Shown here: one piece after another, positions 1 to 10,430 of the stretch
Position numbering within the stretch: the stretch's first letter is position 1
Layout of the letters: each line of letters starts with the position of its first letter
From: Candidatus Microgenomates bacterium
GTDB taxonomy: Bacteria; Patescibacteriota; Microgenomatia; Daviesbacterales; UBA10151
Reading direction: 5' to 3'
DNA length: 64,000 bases
Assembly (NCBI GenBank): GCA_016182045.1
Contig: JACOYE010000008.1
Span: 64,502 to 128,501, forward strand
Program-made: the position numbers and the translations under genes
Notes under the pieces: model-generated
Told to the model about the DNA's origin: nothing
What the model saw: only the letters and a program-made list of their open reading frames with translations
Database searches by the model: none

Positions 1-106
1 GATCTAATGGTTATTCCTGGATTATTAAACACGGGCTTATCTACTCCATTTTTAAGGATATCTTTTAAAAGATCTAAATATTGGTATTCTTCATGTTTAG
101 GCCTAC

Positions 107-700
107 TCATACTTGCCTTTCTGCCTTTTTAGGTGAAACTCTCCCTTCCTGGTGTTGCCCTCTATATTTAACAGTTTTTCCCTCTATTTTATGAAAGATT
201 ATATTACAAATTCTTGCTCCCAGTTGTAGCTTGACAGGAAATGGGGATAAATTTGTCAGTCCCATTGTTAAAGCCCCTTTATAGCCCGGATCTGTCTTAG
301 AATTTAAAAGTAATAATCCTGATCTAAAAAGAGAGGTTCTGGTGTGGACTAAGGGCATCAAATCAGAAGGTGTATTTATTTCTTCCACAGTTTGGACTAA
401 ATAATATTCCCCCGGCTTGATTGCTATTTCCTGTATCTTTCCTTCCACAAATTCGGCCACCATTTTTGTTTCCACTCCCTTCCTATTCCCTAACACCTGT
501 CCACTGTCCACTTCTATAAAGGCTCCGCCTCTTATAATCTTATGCACTGATCCGAGTCTTAAATCTACTCCCACTCCTTCCGGATTTTCAAGCTCCCTTT
601 GACCTAAATTTCTAATTAAGCCATGCTTTTTTATTCTTTTGTGGACCTCATTAACTCCAAGTACACTCATAATATTGCAAGGGAGCGAAGTCACAATCAT
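107..700 (-). CDS. dCTP deaminase / dUTPase-family protein (paralog 1)
   Basis: 197 aa; beta-clip dUTPase/dCTP-deaminase-like motifs (…TDPGYKGALTMGLTN…), size typical of Dcd; tandem to a second Dcd-like gene. Confidence 0.55.
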   Translation of the reverse strand: MIVTSLPCNIMSVLGVNEVHKRIKKHGLIRNLGQRELENPEGVGVDLRLGSVHKIIRGGAFIEVDSGQVLGNRKGVETKMVAEFVEGKIQEIAIKPGEYYLVQTVEEINTPSDLMPLVHTRTSLFRSGLLLLNSKTDPGYKGALTMGLTNLSPFPVKLQLGARICNIIFHKIEGKTVKYRGQHQEGRVSPKKAERQV

Positions 701-710
701 AAAAGCAATT

Positions 711-748
711 TGAAACTTTTGTGTGCAGTCCTAATTCACAAAAGTTTC
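711..748. other. 12-bp perfect inverted repeat hairpin (GAAACTTTTGTG…CACAAAAGTTTC) between the two dcd-like genes
   Basis: read directly in sequence; 15-nt loop; sits in the 5' leader of the 107-700 gene and the 3' flank of the 828-1487 gene. Confidence 0.4.
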
Positions 749-827
749 ACATAATGAGACTAGAGAAAGAGTTCATGTTTCAGAATACTCTAGTCGAATG
801 GTGCTTTTTGATGTGACGAGCGACCCA

Positions 828-1487
828 TTATTTGTGACCATGACGAGCCGTAGCACCAGCCCGTTTTCCCATTAAATTTGAAACCTTAGGCATATCTGAT
901 CCGCCATACCTATTATTAGGACTCCTTTTGTAAGACCTCTCCACAGGAACTGCTAATTTTTCAAAAGAAAATGCACATATTGGGCTTCCCTCATAAATAA
1001 CCAGCTTCTTCCCCTTTAAGAAAGTCCCAAATTCCAAAACCGGATGTCCATCCCAACCAGGATCAAAACGGGCAGCAGTTGAGTGTACCACCACCCCCAG
1101 ACGCGCCAAAGATGATTTTCCGTGCAGATGGCCCACCACATCATTTGGCAGAGTTAATCTTTCTTTAGTTGTAGCTATTACAAAATCATGCTCAGTTAAT
1201 ATAAATGGCTGGCCAGGTTTTAATTCCACCAACCTCATCATTGATTCCATATCTTCTTTGGTGGCAAAACGAGTATCAATGGTATTTAAACCCTCATCGG
1301 TAAAAACCCGTAGCTTATTTCCCAAATGAAAATCAATTGTTACCTCATCAATCGCTTCTTCCCAATCTTTTGGAAGCGGGTCAATTTTAATAATCCCTTT
1401 TTTAATACACTCCTTAATAGCCCAATCAGGCAGGGTTCCCAAGATTTGATTGGCAGATAAATTCTTAGAAGCTTTGCTGGGTGGCAT
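828..1487 (-). CDS. dcd: dCTP deaminase (Dcd family, paralog 2)
   Basis: 219 aa; canonical Dcd motifs (…DFHLGN…, …DPGWDGHPVLEF…); C-terminal basic tail. Confidence 0.7.
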   Translation of the reverse strand: MPPSKASKNLSANQILGTLPDWAIKECIKKGIIKIDPLPKDWEEAIDEVTIDFHLGNKLRVFTDEGLNTIDTRFATKEDMESMMRLVELKPGQPFILTEHDFVIATTKERLTLPNDVVGHLHGKSSLARLGVVVHSTAARFDPGWDGHPVLEFGTFLKGKKLVIYEGSPICAFSFEKLAVPVERSYKRSPNNRYGGSDMPKVSNLMGKRAGATARHGHK

Positions 1488-1502
1488 ATCGGCTAGTTTA
1501 TA

Positions 1503-2750
1503 TTAAAGTCCGGAAAAATCCAAGGTGGCAAAATAGTCATCTACGGTTTCTGCCCTTCTGATTTGCCCTAAAGAACCATCTGCTTTCAATAACAGTTCTG
1601 CTGATCTGAGTTTTCCATTGTAGTTGAACCCCATGGCATAACCGTGGGCACCTGTATCATGTATCACAATAATATCCCCTATCTCTATTTTGGGTAGCTT
1701 TCTGTCTATGGCAAACTTATCATTATTCTCACATAAAGACCCCACCACATCATAAATATGATTTTGAGGATAATTTTCTTTCCCCAAAACAGTTTGATAA
1801 TGGTATGCTCCGTATAAAGCCGGACGCATCAAATTTGCCATGCAAGCATCCACCCCCACATAATCTTTATAAATATGTTTCTGGTGAAGGACTGTGGTTA
1901 CCAAATAGCCATATGGCCCAGTCACCATTCTTCCGCATTCAAAAACTATCCCCAAAGGATCCAAAGCATTTTTAACAATCATCTCTTCATAGAGTTTTTT
2001 AATCTTCTGGGAAACGTAACTTAAGTTCATAGGCTCTTGTTCTAGTTTATAGGGAATTCCTATTCCTCCCCCCAAATTAACAAATTCTAACTTTATTTCA
2101 ACTTCTTGGGAAATTTCTATGACCAGTTCAAATAACATTTTGGCTGTTTCAATTATTTGTTCTGGATTAAGTTCGTTTGAGACCACCATAGTATGTAATC
2201 CAAATCTTTTTGCACCTTTCTCTTTTAGGATTTTATATGCCTTAAATAATTGTTCTTTAGTCATACCATACTTAGCTTCGGCTGGATTACCAATAAACCT
2301 ATTCCCCTCTCTAGTTGGTCCTGGATTATATCTACAACATATCAACTTAGGTAATCCTGTAGCACTTTCCAAAAACTCAATATGAGAAATATCATCCAAA
2401 TTAATAATGGCTCCAAGTTTCTTGGCATACTGGTACTCTTTTGCCGGAGTCTCGTTAGAAGTAAACATAATTTCCTCCCCTTTAAGTCCTACTTTCTCTG
2501 CCAAAATTAGCTCCGGCAAAGAGCTACAATCAGTCCCCATACTCTCTTTCTTTAAAATCTTTAAAATATGGGGGTTTGGATTGGCTTTAACAGCAAAATA
2601 ATTTTTAAACCCGTCTATCCAGGAGAAGGCTTGGTAGAATTTTCTGGCATTTTCCCGAATTGCCTTTTCATCATAAATATGAAAAGGAGTAGGATAAATT
2701 TTAATAATTTCTTCTATCTGTTTCTTGGTAAACGGCAGACTCTTTTTCAT
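1503..2750 (-). CDS. lysA: diaminopimelate decarboxylase
   Basis: 415 aa; PLP fold-III decarboxylase motifs (FAVKANPNPHIL, GGGIGIPY), 3' end of a lysine operon. Confidence 0.9.
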   Translation of the reverse strand: MKKSLPFTKKQIEEIIKIYPTPFHIYDEKAIRENARKFYQAFSWIDGFKNYFAVKANPNPHILKILKKESMGTDCSSLPELILAEKVGLKGEEIMFTSNETPAKEYQYAKKLGAIINLDDISHIEFLESATGLPKLICCRYNPGPTREGNRFIGNPAEAKYGMTKEQLFKAYKILKEKGAKRFGLHTMVVSNELNPEQIIETAKMLFELVIEISQEVEIKLEFVNLGGGIGIPYKLEQEPMNLSYVSQKIKKLYEEMIVKNALDPLGIVFECGRMVTGPYGYLVTTVLHQKHIYKDYVGVDACMANLMRPALYGAYHYQTVLGKENYPQNHIYDVVGSLCENNDKFAIDRKLPKIEIGDIIVIHDTGAHGYAMGFNYNGKLRSAELLLKADGSLGQIRRAETVDDYFATLDFSGL

Positions 2751-3943
2751 GGTTTTAAATTTTTCTTTATGCTGTTTAGTGCCTTCTTAATATTTTCTCT
2801 GTGTCCAAAAGCGCTAAGTCTTAAATACCCCTCACCATTTTGACCAAATCCAGAACCGGGAGTTCCCACCACATGGGCTTGGTGCAAAAGCTTATCAAAA
2901 AAGCCCCAGGAGGTGAAACCATGTGGAATTTTGAGCCAAAGATAGGGAGCATTTTCTCCTCCAAAAACCTCAAATCCCATCTTGATCAAAGAAGTCCTAA
3001 TGATCCTTGCATTTCCCATATAATAATCAATTACTTTTTGGCATTCTCTTTGTCCATTTTTAGATAAAACTGTCAGTCCCCCTTCTTGAGCAATATTGGA
3101 AGCACCATTAAACATGGTGGTTTGTCTTCTATTCCACAAAGCATTGACTTCACCCTTCTTTGTACCATCTAAAACTAAATCCGTTGGCACCACTGTCCAA
3201 CCTAATCTTACTCCGGTAAATCCCGCCCACTTGGAAAAGCTATTAATCTCAATGGCGCAACTTTGACTACCAGCAATCTGATAAATACTTTTTGGCAAAC
3301 TTTTATCATAAATATATTCACAATACGCAGCATCAAAAATAATCACCGCCTTAAATTTGTTGGCATAATCTACAAAAGCTTTAAGTTGGGCCCTCCTCAT
3401 TACAGCTCCGGTGGGATTATTAGGACTGCAAAGATAAACTAGATCTACTTTTGTCTTGGGAGGAGAAGGAATAAAACCATTGCCTTGGGTACAGGGCATA
3501 TAGACAATCTTTTTTTTGTCTGCCAGGATATTGCTATCCACATAAACAGGATAAACCGGATCTGCCACAGCTACCACACTATCAGCAGCAAAAATAGATT
3601 GGATGTTGGCTGAATCCGGTTTTGCTCCATCACTGATAAAAATTTCCAATGGTTCAATATCCACTGCTAACTTTTTATACCGATCAGAAAGAGCCTCTCG
3701 AAGTCTCATATCGCCCTGTTCATCGCCATATCCTGTGTAAGTTTTAACATCAGCCAATTTTTTTACTCCATGTAACAAACCTTTGATAATGGTCGGGGGA
3801 AGAGGTTGAGTAGTATTACCAATCCCCAGTCTTAAAATTTCCACTCCCGGATTTTCTTCACTAAATACCTTGGTCCTCTTGGCTATTTCGGAAAACAGGT
3901 AATTTCCTGCCAATTTTTTAAAATTTTTATTTATAGTTGCCAC
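2747..3943 (-). CDS. dapL: LL-diaminopimelate aminotransferase
   Basis: 398 aa; class I aminotransferase fold, N-terminal NYLFSEIAKR typical of DapL; 4-bp overlap with lysA. Confidence 0.8.
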   Translation of the reverse strand: MATINKNFKKLAGNYLFSEIAKRTKVFSEENPGVEILRLGIGNTTQPLPPTIIKGLLHGVKKLADVKTYTGYGDEQGDMRLREALSDRYKKLAVDIEPLEIFISDGAKPDSANIQSIFAADSVVAVADPVYPVYVDSNILADKKKIVYMPCTQGNGFIPSPPKTKVDLVYLCSPNNPTGAVMRRAQLKAFVDYANKFKAVIIFDAAYCEYIYDKSLPKSIYQIAGSQSCAIEINSFSKWAGFTGVRLGWTVVPTDLVLDGTKKGEVNALWNRRQTTMFNGASNIAQEGGLTVLSKNGQRECQKVIDYYMGNARIIRTSLIKMGFEVFGGENAPYLWLKIPHGFTSWGFFDKLLHQAHVVGTPGSGFGQNGEGYLRLSAFGHRENIKKALNSIKKNLKP

Positions 3944-5010
3944 TAGACATATCCTTTTGCTTTCAAAAGTTCTGCTGTTAAAATTGCTCCACCTGCAGCC
4001 CCTCTAATGGTATTGTGTGAAAGCCCGACAAACTTAAATCCTTCCTCACTCTGCCTTAATCTGCCTGCAGCAATCCCCATACCATTACCTAAATTCCTAT
4101 CAAGCCTTGTTTGTGGTCTATCGTCTTCCTCAAAGTAGGTAATAAACGGGTTTGGAGCAGATGGCAAATTCAATTCATTTAAAGGATTGAACTTTTTCCA
4201 TTCTCTGATAATTTGTTTTTTGCTAATTTTTTTCTTAAAAGACACCGAAACTGATGCCATATGCCCATCCTCAAGCGGCACTCTGATACAAGTAGCGCTA
4301 ATACTTGGCCCGGCCAGTTCAACCTTGCCATCTACCAGTTTCCCCCAAATTTTTAAAGGTTCTTTCTCGCTTTTTTCTTCTTCACCACCAATAAAGGGAA
4401 TAATATTTTCTTCCATCTGGGGCCAACCTTTTAATGTTTTCCCGGCTCCTGATACTGCCTGTAAAGTAGTGACCACCACCTTTTTAATACCATACTTTAA
4501 TAAAGGACTCAGTATTGGTACATATGATTGGATAGAACAATTTGGTTTGACTACTATTAGTCCTTTTTCCCAACCACGGTTTTTCTTCTGTTTTAAGATT
4601 AACTTCAAGTGTTTCGGGTTTATCTCCGGCATAATCATCGGTACATCTTCAGTCCAGCGGTGGGCTGAGTTATTGGAAACCACCACCACATCCAAATCAG
4701 CAAACCTTTCCTCAATACTTCTGATTCTCTCTTTGTCCATATCCAAAGCTGAAAATACCAATCTTGTCTGGTTGGCAATTTTATGCAAATCTTTTTCCAC
4801 CGCTAATACCACCATTTTTTCCGCAGAATCAGGAATAGTCTCACTCATCACCCATCTATTTCTTACCGCATCCCCATATTGTTTACCTGCCGATTGGGGT
4901 GAAGCTGCCACTACCACTACTTCAAACCAGGGATGATAATTTAGCAGGGTGATGAATCTTTGACCAACCATTCCGGTGGCGCCTAATATGCCGACTGGTA
5001 TTTTTTTCAT
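3943..5010 (-). CDS. asd: aspartate-semialdehyde dehydrogenase
   Basis: 355 aa; N-terminal GATGMVGQ Rossmann motif, Asd-family length and context. Confidence 0.9.
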   Translation of the reverse strand: MKKIPVGILGATGMVGQRFITLLNYHPWFEVVVVAASPQSAGKQYGDAVRNRWVMSETIPDSAEKMVVLAVEKDLHKIANQTRLVFSALDMDKERIRSIEERFADLDVVVVSNNSAHRWTEDVPMIMPEINPKHLKLILKQKKNRGWEKGLIVVKPNCSIQSYVPILSPLLKYGIKKVVVTTLQAVSGAGKTLKGWPQMEENIIPFIGGEEEKSEKEPLKIWGKLVDGKVELAGPSISATCIRVPLEDGHMASVSVSFKKKISKKQIIREWKKFNPLNELNLPSAPNPFITYFEEDDRPQTRLDRNLGNGMGIAAGRLRQSEEGFKFVGLSHNTIRGAAGGAILTAELLKAKGYV

Positions 5011-5894
5011 ATCAGCTGGTGGGATTTTAGAACTGCTTTTAAACTATCCTTATTTTTCTCTTCCATACCTACTAAAGGCAATCTGAAAACTTCCTTGATT
5101 TTTCCCATTAAAGCCAATGCGGTTTTAACCGGGATGGGATTTGATTCAATAAAGTTGATATTCATCAAATCCAACCATTGATAATGCAATTTTTTGGCTT
5201 TCACAAAATCTCCGTTCAGCACAGCTGCCGTCAAATCAGACATGGCCTTTGGAACTTCGTTTGAAGCAACAGAAATAACTCCCACCCCTCCAACTGCCAT
5301 CAAAGGCAAGGTAAAAGCATCATCCCCTGACAAAACTGAAAAAGATGAAGATACACCTTTAATAATCTCCATCATCTGGGTAATATTACCTGAGGCCTCT
5401 TTCACCCCCACCACTTGTGGTACCTCGTTAGAAATTTTAATGGTGGTGGCAGCTAACACATTAGAACCGGTCCTGCCCGGCACATTATATAAAATGATTG
5501 GCAAATCCGTAGCCTTGGCTATAACTTTAAAGTGAGCCAAAAGGCCTAAAGGGGTAGGTTTATTATAGTATGGAGTAACATGCAAAAGGGCATCTGCCCC
5601 AGCTTGCTTGGCAATTTGGGAATAACCAATGGCCTTTTGCGTATCATTACTGCCAGCTCCGGCAATAACCGGCACTCTACCGTTTACTTCTTTGACCACT
5701 GTTTCCACCACCAATCTGTATTCATCCTGATCCAAAGTGACCGCTTCCCCGGTTGTCCCACAAGGCACTATCCCATCAATATGGCCCTTAATTTGCAACC
5801 GCACCAAATCCCTTAAGCTTTCCACATCAACTTTGCCATCTTCAAGAAATGGTGTCACCAGTGCTGTAATTGCTCCCTTAAATTTTTTACTCAA
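5007..5894 (-). CDS. dapA: 4-hydroxy-tetrahydrodipicolinate synthase
   Basis: 295 aa; DapA/NAL family (…GIVPCGTTGE…); overlaps asd by 4 bp. Confidence 0.9.
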   Translation of the reverse strand: MSKKFKGAITALVTPFLEDGKVDVESLRDLVRLQIKGHIDGIVPCGTTGEAVTLDQDEYRLVVETVVKEVNGRVPVIAGAGSNDTQKAIGYSQIAKQAGADALLHVTPYYNKPTPLGLLAHFKVIAKATDLPIILYNVPGRTGSNVLAATTIKISNEVPQVVGVKEASGNITQMMEIIKGVSSSFSVLSGDDAFTLPLMAVGGVGVISVASNEVPKAMSDLTAAVLNGDFVKAKKLHYQWLDLMNINFIESNPIPVKTALALMGKIKEVFRLPLVGMEEKNKDSLKAVLKSHQLI

Positions 5895-5897
5895 ATC

Positions 5898-6635
5898 TTA
5901 TTCACCCCCCTTAGTAAATACTTCATCAAAATTATAAAAACCTTTTTTGTCTTTGATGAACTCGGCTGCCAGAATCGCCCCTTGAGCAAAACCTCCTCTT
6001 CCGTGAGCTTGATGAGACAAGGTTATGGAATCAGCTGGACTGTCAAAAACTACTTGGTGGAAACCCGGATTTCTGCCTCCCCTGATTGAGGCAAAATGCA
6101 ACTCATCTTTCTCTATTTGCCTGTTGAGCTTTTCCGTTTGCAATCTCTCTTTGGCAGGGAAGGTGCCTAAAATCTCCTTGGCCAATCTTAAGGCTGTTCC
6201 TGAAGGGCTGTCTTTTTTGCCGGTGTGATGAACCTCAAAACCGTATACATCATAGCCGCCAAATTTGGCAAATAATTTAGAAGCGAAAGCTATTATCTTA
6301 AAAAATATATTGGCCCCAACTGAAAAATTCTGGGCATAAATTAAGCCAATTTTTTTAGCCTTGACTATTTTTTTAACCTGATCTATTTGATCATACCAAC
6401 CGGTTGTCCCAACCACCATATTTTTCCCCAAAGAGGCTACCTTTTTGATATTTTCCAAAACAACCTGAGGGTGGGTAAAATCTATCACCACATCAGCGCT
6501 TTTTATCCCCACCTCATCCCATTGGCCATTTGTTTGTTTAAGGCTTATGGAAACCACCTGATGTTTCCCATCATCACGAGTTAAACGTTCTACTTCTTTT
6601 CCCATGTTTCCGAAACCAATTAAAGCAATCTTCAT
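5898..6635 (-). CDS. dapB: 4-hydroxy-tetrahydrodipicolinate reductase
   Basis: 245 aa; MKIALIGFGNMG N-terminal NAD(P) site, DapB length. Confidence 0.85.
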   Translation of the reverse strand: MKIALIGFGNMGKEVERLTRDDGKHQVVSISLKQTNGQWDEVGIKSADVVIDFTHPQVVLENIKKVASLGKNMVVGTTGWYDQIDQVKKIVKAKKIGLIYAQNFSVGANIFFKIIAFASKLFAKFGGYDVYGFEVHHTGKKDSPSGTALRLAKEILGTFPAKERLQTEKLNRQIEKDELHFASIRGGRNPGFHQVVFDSPADSITLSHQAHGRGGFAQGAILAAEFIKDKKGFYNFDEVFTKGGE

Positions 6636-7982
6636 TTATTTTGAGGCAATTGTACCACTTTGTAGCAAATTTTGATGTAAATATTTGACAGCTTTCTTAA
6701 CTTGATCTGATTTTATAACAATGCTGATATTAATATTGGTGGCCCCCAAAGAAACCATTTTCGGCACGATTCGCCGGCTGGCTAAAATATCAAAAATATT
6801 TTTAATATTGCCTGAAGAATCTGTAATTTCTTCACCAATTAAAGAAACCATCCCGAAGTTTTCACCAACAGAAACATTGGCAAATTCAGAAAGTTGTTGC
6901 ACTGCTTTCTCCAAATTATTTCTGTTATCTAAAGTCACCGATACACTGACCTCGGATACTGAAACTAAATCTACAGAGATATTATATTTGGAAAAGGTTT
7001 GAAAAATTCTTGCCAAAAAACCTTTTTGCAAAAGCATCTCGGTAGAATAAATATTCACCAGGGTAATTTTTTTCTTAAAAGATATGGCTTTAATCTGTCT
7101 GCTAATTTTGTGGTTTGTGGTAATTAAAGTGCCTGACCGGTTGGGGTTGAAGGTGTTTAAAATTCTGACAGGAATGGCTGCTTTTATAGCAGGCGCTATA
7201 CATCTGGGATGTAAAATTTTTGCACCAAATGCTGCAAGCTCTGCTGCCTCTTTAAAAGATACCACCTGCAATGGTCTGGCATTTTTGACAATCCTGGGAT
7301 CGACAGTAAATATCCCGTCAACATCGGTCCAGATTTGAATTTCATCTACAGCCAGGCAAAAGCCAATAATTGCTGCTGAATAATCCGATCCACCTCTTCC
7401 CAAAGTGGTAACCTGGCCTTTTTTGGTGGTACCGATAAACCCCGTCACAACGGGCACTATGCCTTTTTTGACCAGGGGCATTAATATCTTTTTTATTTTT
7501 TTTCTGGTCGGCTCCAAAATAAACTCGGCAGAGCCAAAATTATCGTTTGTAACAATTAAATCTGTGGCAATTACTTGGGAAACATTTATTCCGTGGCTTT
7601 CTAGGGCATTTGCCAAAATAGCGGAGGACATAATTTCTCCAAATGATAATAATTTGTCCAATTTCTTTTTGTCCTCTGTTAAATCAAGTTTTGAAATCTC
7701 GGCAATTTTTTCATCAATAAATTCCTCCATAGTCTTTTGTCTGTTTTTATCTTTAAAAACCCTCTTTATTAGATTTTTATGTATCTCTCGTAATCTTTTC
7801 AACTCCGCCACTAATTTGGATTTAGAAAGTGAAGGTAGGGATAAAAGAAGATCTGTCACCCCGCTTAATGCCGAAACCACCAAAATGGGGTCCTTTTCTT
7901 TTTGATCTTTTACAATTTGACAAATTGTTAAGATCCTTTTCTTTGAGCTAACAGATGTGCCGCCAAATTTGGCAACTATCAT
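6636..7982 (-). CDS. lysC: aspartate kinase
   Basis: 448 aa; KFGGTSV amino-acid-kinase start, C-terminal ACT domains; first gene of lysC-dapB-dapA-asd-dapL-lysA. Confidence 0.9.
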   Translation of the reverse strand: MIVAKFGGTSVSSKKRILTICQIVKDQKEKDPILVVSALSGVTDLLLSLPSLSKSKLVAELKRLREIHKNLIKRVFKDKNRQKTMEEFIDEKIAEISKLDLTEDKKKLDKLLSFGEIMSSAILANALESHGINVSQVIATDLIVTNDNFGSAEFILEPTRKKIKKILMPLVKKGIVPVVTGFIGTTKKGQVTTLGRGGSDYSAAIIGFCLAVDEIQIWTDVDGIFTVDPRIVKNARPLQVVSFKEAAELAAFGAKILHPRCIAPAIKAAIPVRILNTFNPNRSGTLITTNHKISRQIKAISFKKKITLVNIYSTEMLLQKGFLARIFQTFSKYNISVDLVSVSEVSVSVTLDNRNNLEKAVQQLSEFANVSVGENFGMVSLIGEEITDSSGNIKNIFDILASRRIVPKMVSLGATNINISIVIKSDQVKKAVKYLHQNLLQSGTIASK

Positions 7983-7992
7983 ATGAAGCAGA

Positions 7993-8652
7993 TTATACCA
8001 AAGTTATAGGATATAAGCGATTTATTATTTCATTATGAATATCTTGAGGGGTTCTCATTCCTCCATTCCTCATACAATCTATCACCTGCCAATTTTCTTC
8101 TATTTCAGAAAGCTCAAAATAAATTTTGGCTGCTTTTTGTTCATGTTCCAAGCTTTTTTCGTGAATATCCACTTTATGATCTTTTAAAGCATTTTCTTGG
8201 CCCACTTTTGGATCCACTTTTAAAAGAATAGTCAAATCCGGTTTTGGCATACCATTAGTCTGATATTCCAGCTGATCTATCCATTCCATAAACTTCTCCC
8301 TTTTCTCCTCATTCATATTTGCTCCCAAGTGGGCTTTGGATGAGGCAATATATCTGTTGGCTATCACTAACTTACCTTCCTTTAGCCAACCAAAAATTGA
8401 ATCCCTAATAGTTTTTCTGTCAGAAGCATAAAGTTTTGCCATCTCGTATGGATCAATATCACTAATTTCTCCAAACTTTCCGGAAAGATAATCAGCAATC
8501 CTATCAGCATATTCATTTTTTCCATATTGAGGAAAACTGATTACCTCAAAGGGAATATTTTTTGAAAACAAATATTTCTTCAAAAGCTCAATTTGGGTAG
8601 TTTTCCCGGATCCATCAATTCCATCTATGACAAGTAATTCTCCTTTGCTCAT
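7993..8652 (-). CDS. tmk: thymidylate kinase
   Basis: 219 aa; P-loop IDGIDGSGKTTQ. Confidence 0.9.
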   Translation of the reverse strand: MSKGELLVIDGIDGSGKTTQIELLKKYLFSKNIPFEVISFPQYGKNEYADRIADYLSGKFGEISDIDPYEMAKLYASDRKTIRDSIFGWLKEGKLVIANRYIASSKAHLGANMNEEKREKFMEWIDQLEYQTNGMPKPDLTILLKVDPKVGQENALKDHKVDIHEKSLEHEQKAAKIYFELSEIEENWQVIDCMRNGGMRTPQDIHNEIINRLYPITLV

Positions 8653-10340
8653 TATTTAATTTTGCTTATCGCTTCCAGAAATGCAAGAAATAATGGATGG
8701 GGTTTTAGGGGTCTGGATTTATATTCCGGATGACCTTGTGTTCCCAGATAAAATGGATGTGCCTTTTGGGGAAGTTCAATAATTTCTGCCAGATTTTCTG
8801 CAACAGATCTGGCTGCAATAATCATTCCTCCCTTTTCAAAGTCTTGCGAAAAGTTGTTGTTAAACTCATATCTGTGTCTGTGTCTTTCAGAAGTCAACCC
8901 TTCAGCATTTTTTAGCTGCCCATACTTTTTATAAATCTCATATGCCTTTGTTCCCTTCGCAACCTGCGCATCCCAGGAACCTAACCTCATGGTTCCCCCA
9001 TAGGCCCTTTTGGCCATAAACTTTTTCTGTTTTGGCATTAAGGTTATTACCGGATGTTTAGTTTTCTTATCATTTTCCGTGGTATTGGCATCTCTCCACC
9101 CTATTACATCCCTGGCAAATCCAATAACTGCAAGCTGCATTCCATAACAAAGACCCAAATAGGGAATCTTTCTGTCTCTGGCGAAAGAAGCAGCAGCTAT
9201 CATCCCCTCCGCTCCTCGCTCACCCCAGCCTATTGGTACAATCAAACCGTCTGGGTTCCCAATAACTTCTTTTACACCTTCGATTCCTTCTTTCTTGTCC
9301 GCCATAGCTTTAGCGACGGCGGATTCTACCTTCTCCGCATCTACCCATTTTGTTTTAACGCCTATACCAATTTCCCAGCTGGCATGATCGATGGCATCAA
9401 AAAGGGCGGCATAAGAATCCCTAAGCTGATAATCTCCTGTGCCAAAATATTTACCAACTATGGCAATTTCTACTTCCTTTTCTTTTTTGGCCTTTATTTT
9501 CTCAACCAATTTTTCCCAAGGCTCTACATTGGGTTTTCTTACCTTTAACCCCAGTTTTTGAAGAATTCTTTGTTCAAGATTCTGCTTGTGCAAAACAAGA
9601 GGTATTTCATATACAGTTGGGAGGTCGGGATTGGAAATAATATCCTCTGGCATCATATTGCAAAAAAGGGCAAATCTTTCTCTTCTTCTTTGATCCAGAT
9701 ATTTTTCCGATCTGGCAATCACAAAATCTGGCTGAATTCCCAAAGAATTTAAGGTTCTAACAGAAAGTTGAGTTGGTTTGGTTTTAGGTTCTCCAAGGTG
9801 CGGAGGAGTTGGTACATAAGAAACATGGATGTGTAAAACATCACCCCTCTTTTGTAAAGTCATGATTCTGGATGCTTCGTAATAGAGAACGTTTTGATAT
9901 TCCCCTGCTGTTCCACCCAGCTCAATAATGACTATATCAGCTGATCTTTTTCTGCCCACATTATTAATGCGATCAATAATCTCGTTAGTGATATAGGGAA
10001 TTGCCTCAACATCTTCACCGTCATATTCAAACCTTCTTTCCCGATCTATTACCTCTCTGTATATTTGCCCCATGGTAACGAAGTTGTCTTTGCCCATATC
10101 TTCATCCAAAAATTTCTCATAAGATCCGATATCCATATCAGCCTCTGTCCCATCCTCGCAAAGAAAGGGGTCGCCATGTTCTATTGGATTAATTGTACCT
10201 GCATCTAAATTTAGATAATTTTCAAACTTGATAGGAGCAATTTTATATCCTGCGGATTTTAAAAGGAAAGCAATAGAGGCAGCTGTTGTACCTTTACCAA
10301 TACCCGAAATAACACCACCACTTACAAAAATGTATTTCAT
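8652..10340 (-). CDS. pyrG: CTP synthase
   Basis: 562 aa; synthetase N-domain (GGVISGIGKG) plus class I glutamine amidotransferase C-domain (GLCYGMQ). Confidence 0.95.
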   Translation of the reverse strand: MKYIFVSGGVISGIGKGTTAASIAFLLKSAGYKIAPIKFENYLNLDAGTINPIEHGDPFLCEDGTEADMDIGSYEKFLDEDMGKDNFVTMGQIYREVIDRERRFEYDGEDVEAIPYITNEIIDRINNVGRKRSADIVIIELGGTAGEYQNVLYYEASRIMTLQKRGDVLHIHVSYVPTPPHLGEPKTKPTQLSVRTLNSLGIQPDFVIARSEKYLDQRRRERFALFCNMMPEDIISNPDLPTVYEIPLVLHKQNLEQRILQKLGLKVRKPNVEPWEKLVEKIKAKKEKEVEIAIVGKYFGTGDYQLRDSYAALFDAIDHASWEIGIGVKTKWVDAEKVESAVAKAMADKKEGIEGVKEVIGNPDGLIVPIGWGERGAEGMIAAASFARDRKIPYLGLCYGMQLAVIGFARDVIGWRDANTTENDKKTKHPVITLMPKQKKFMAKRAYGGTMRLGSWDAQVAKGTKAYEIYKKYGQLKNAEGLTSERHRHRYEFNNNFSQDFEKGGMIIAARSVAENLAEIIELPQKAHPFYLGTQGHPEYKSRPLKPHPLFLAFLEAISKIK

Positions 10341-10430
10341 CTTGTTCGAAAATTGAGCAGAGGGGGATTTTCAGAGGCCCTTATTATAATAACAAATTTG
10401 ATTACAAGATTTCAAGTGGCAATTAAGTTA

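Noticed and set aside
4187-4936. 249-aa plus-strand ORF
   Set aside because: It lies entirely antisense to a well-supported asd gene. Its low-complexity Ser/Phe/Ile-rich translation is typical of an AT-rich antisense frame, so it is not a gene.
9054-9548. 164-aa plus-strand ORF inside pyrG
   Set aside because: It is antisense to CTP synthase, with Phe/Ile/Tyr-rich composition and no motif, so it is spurious.
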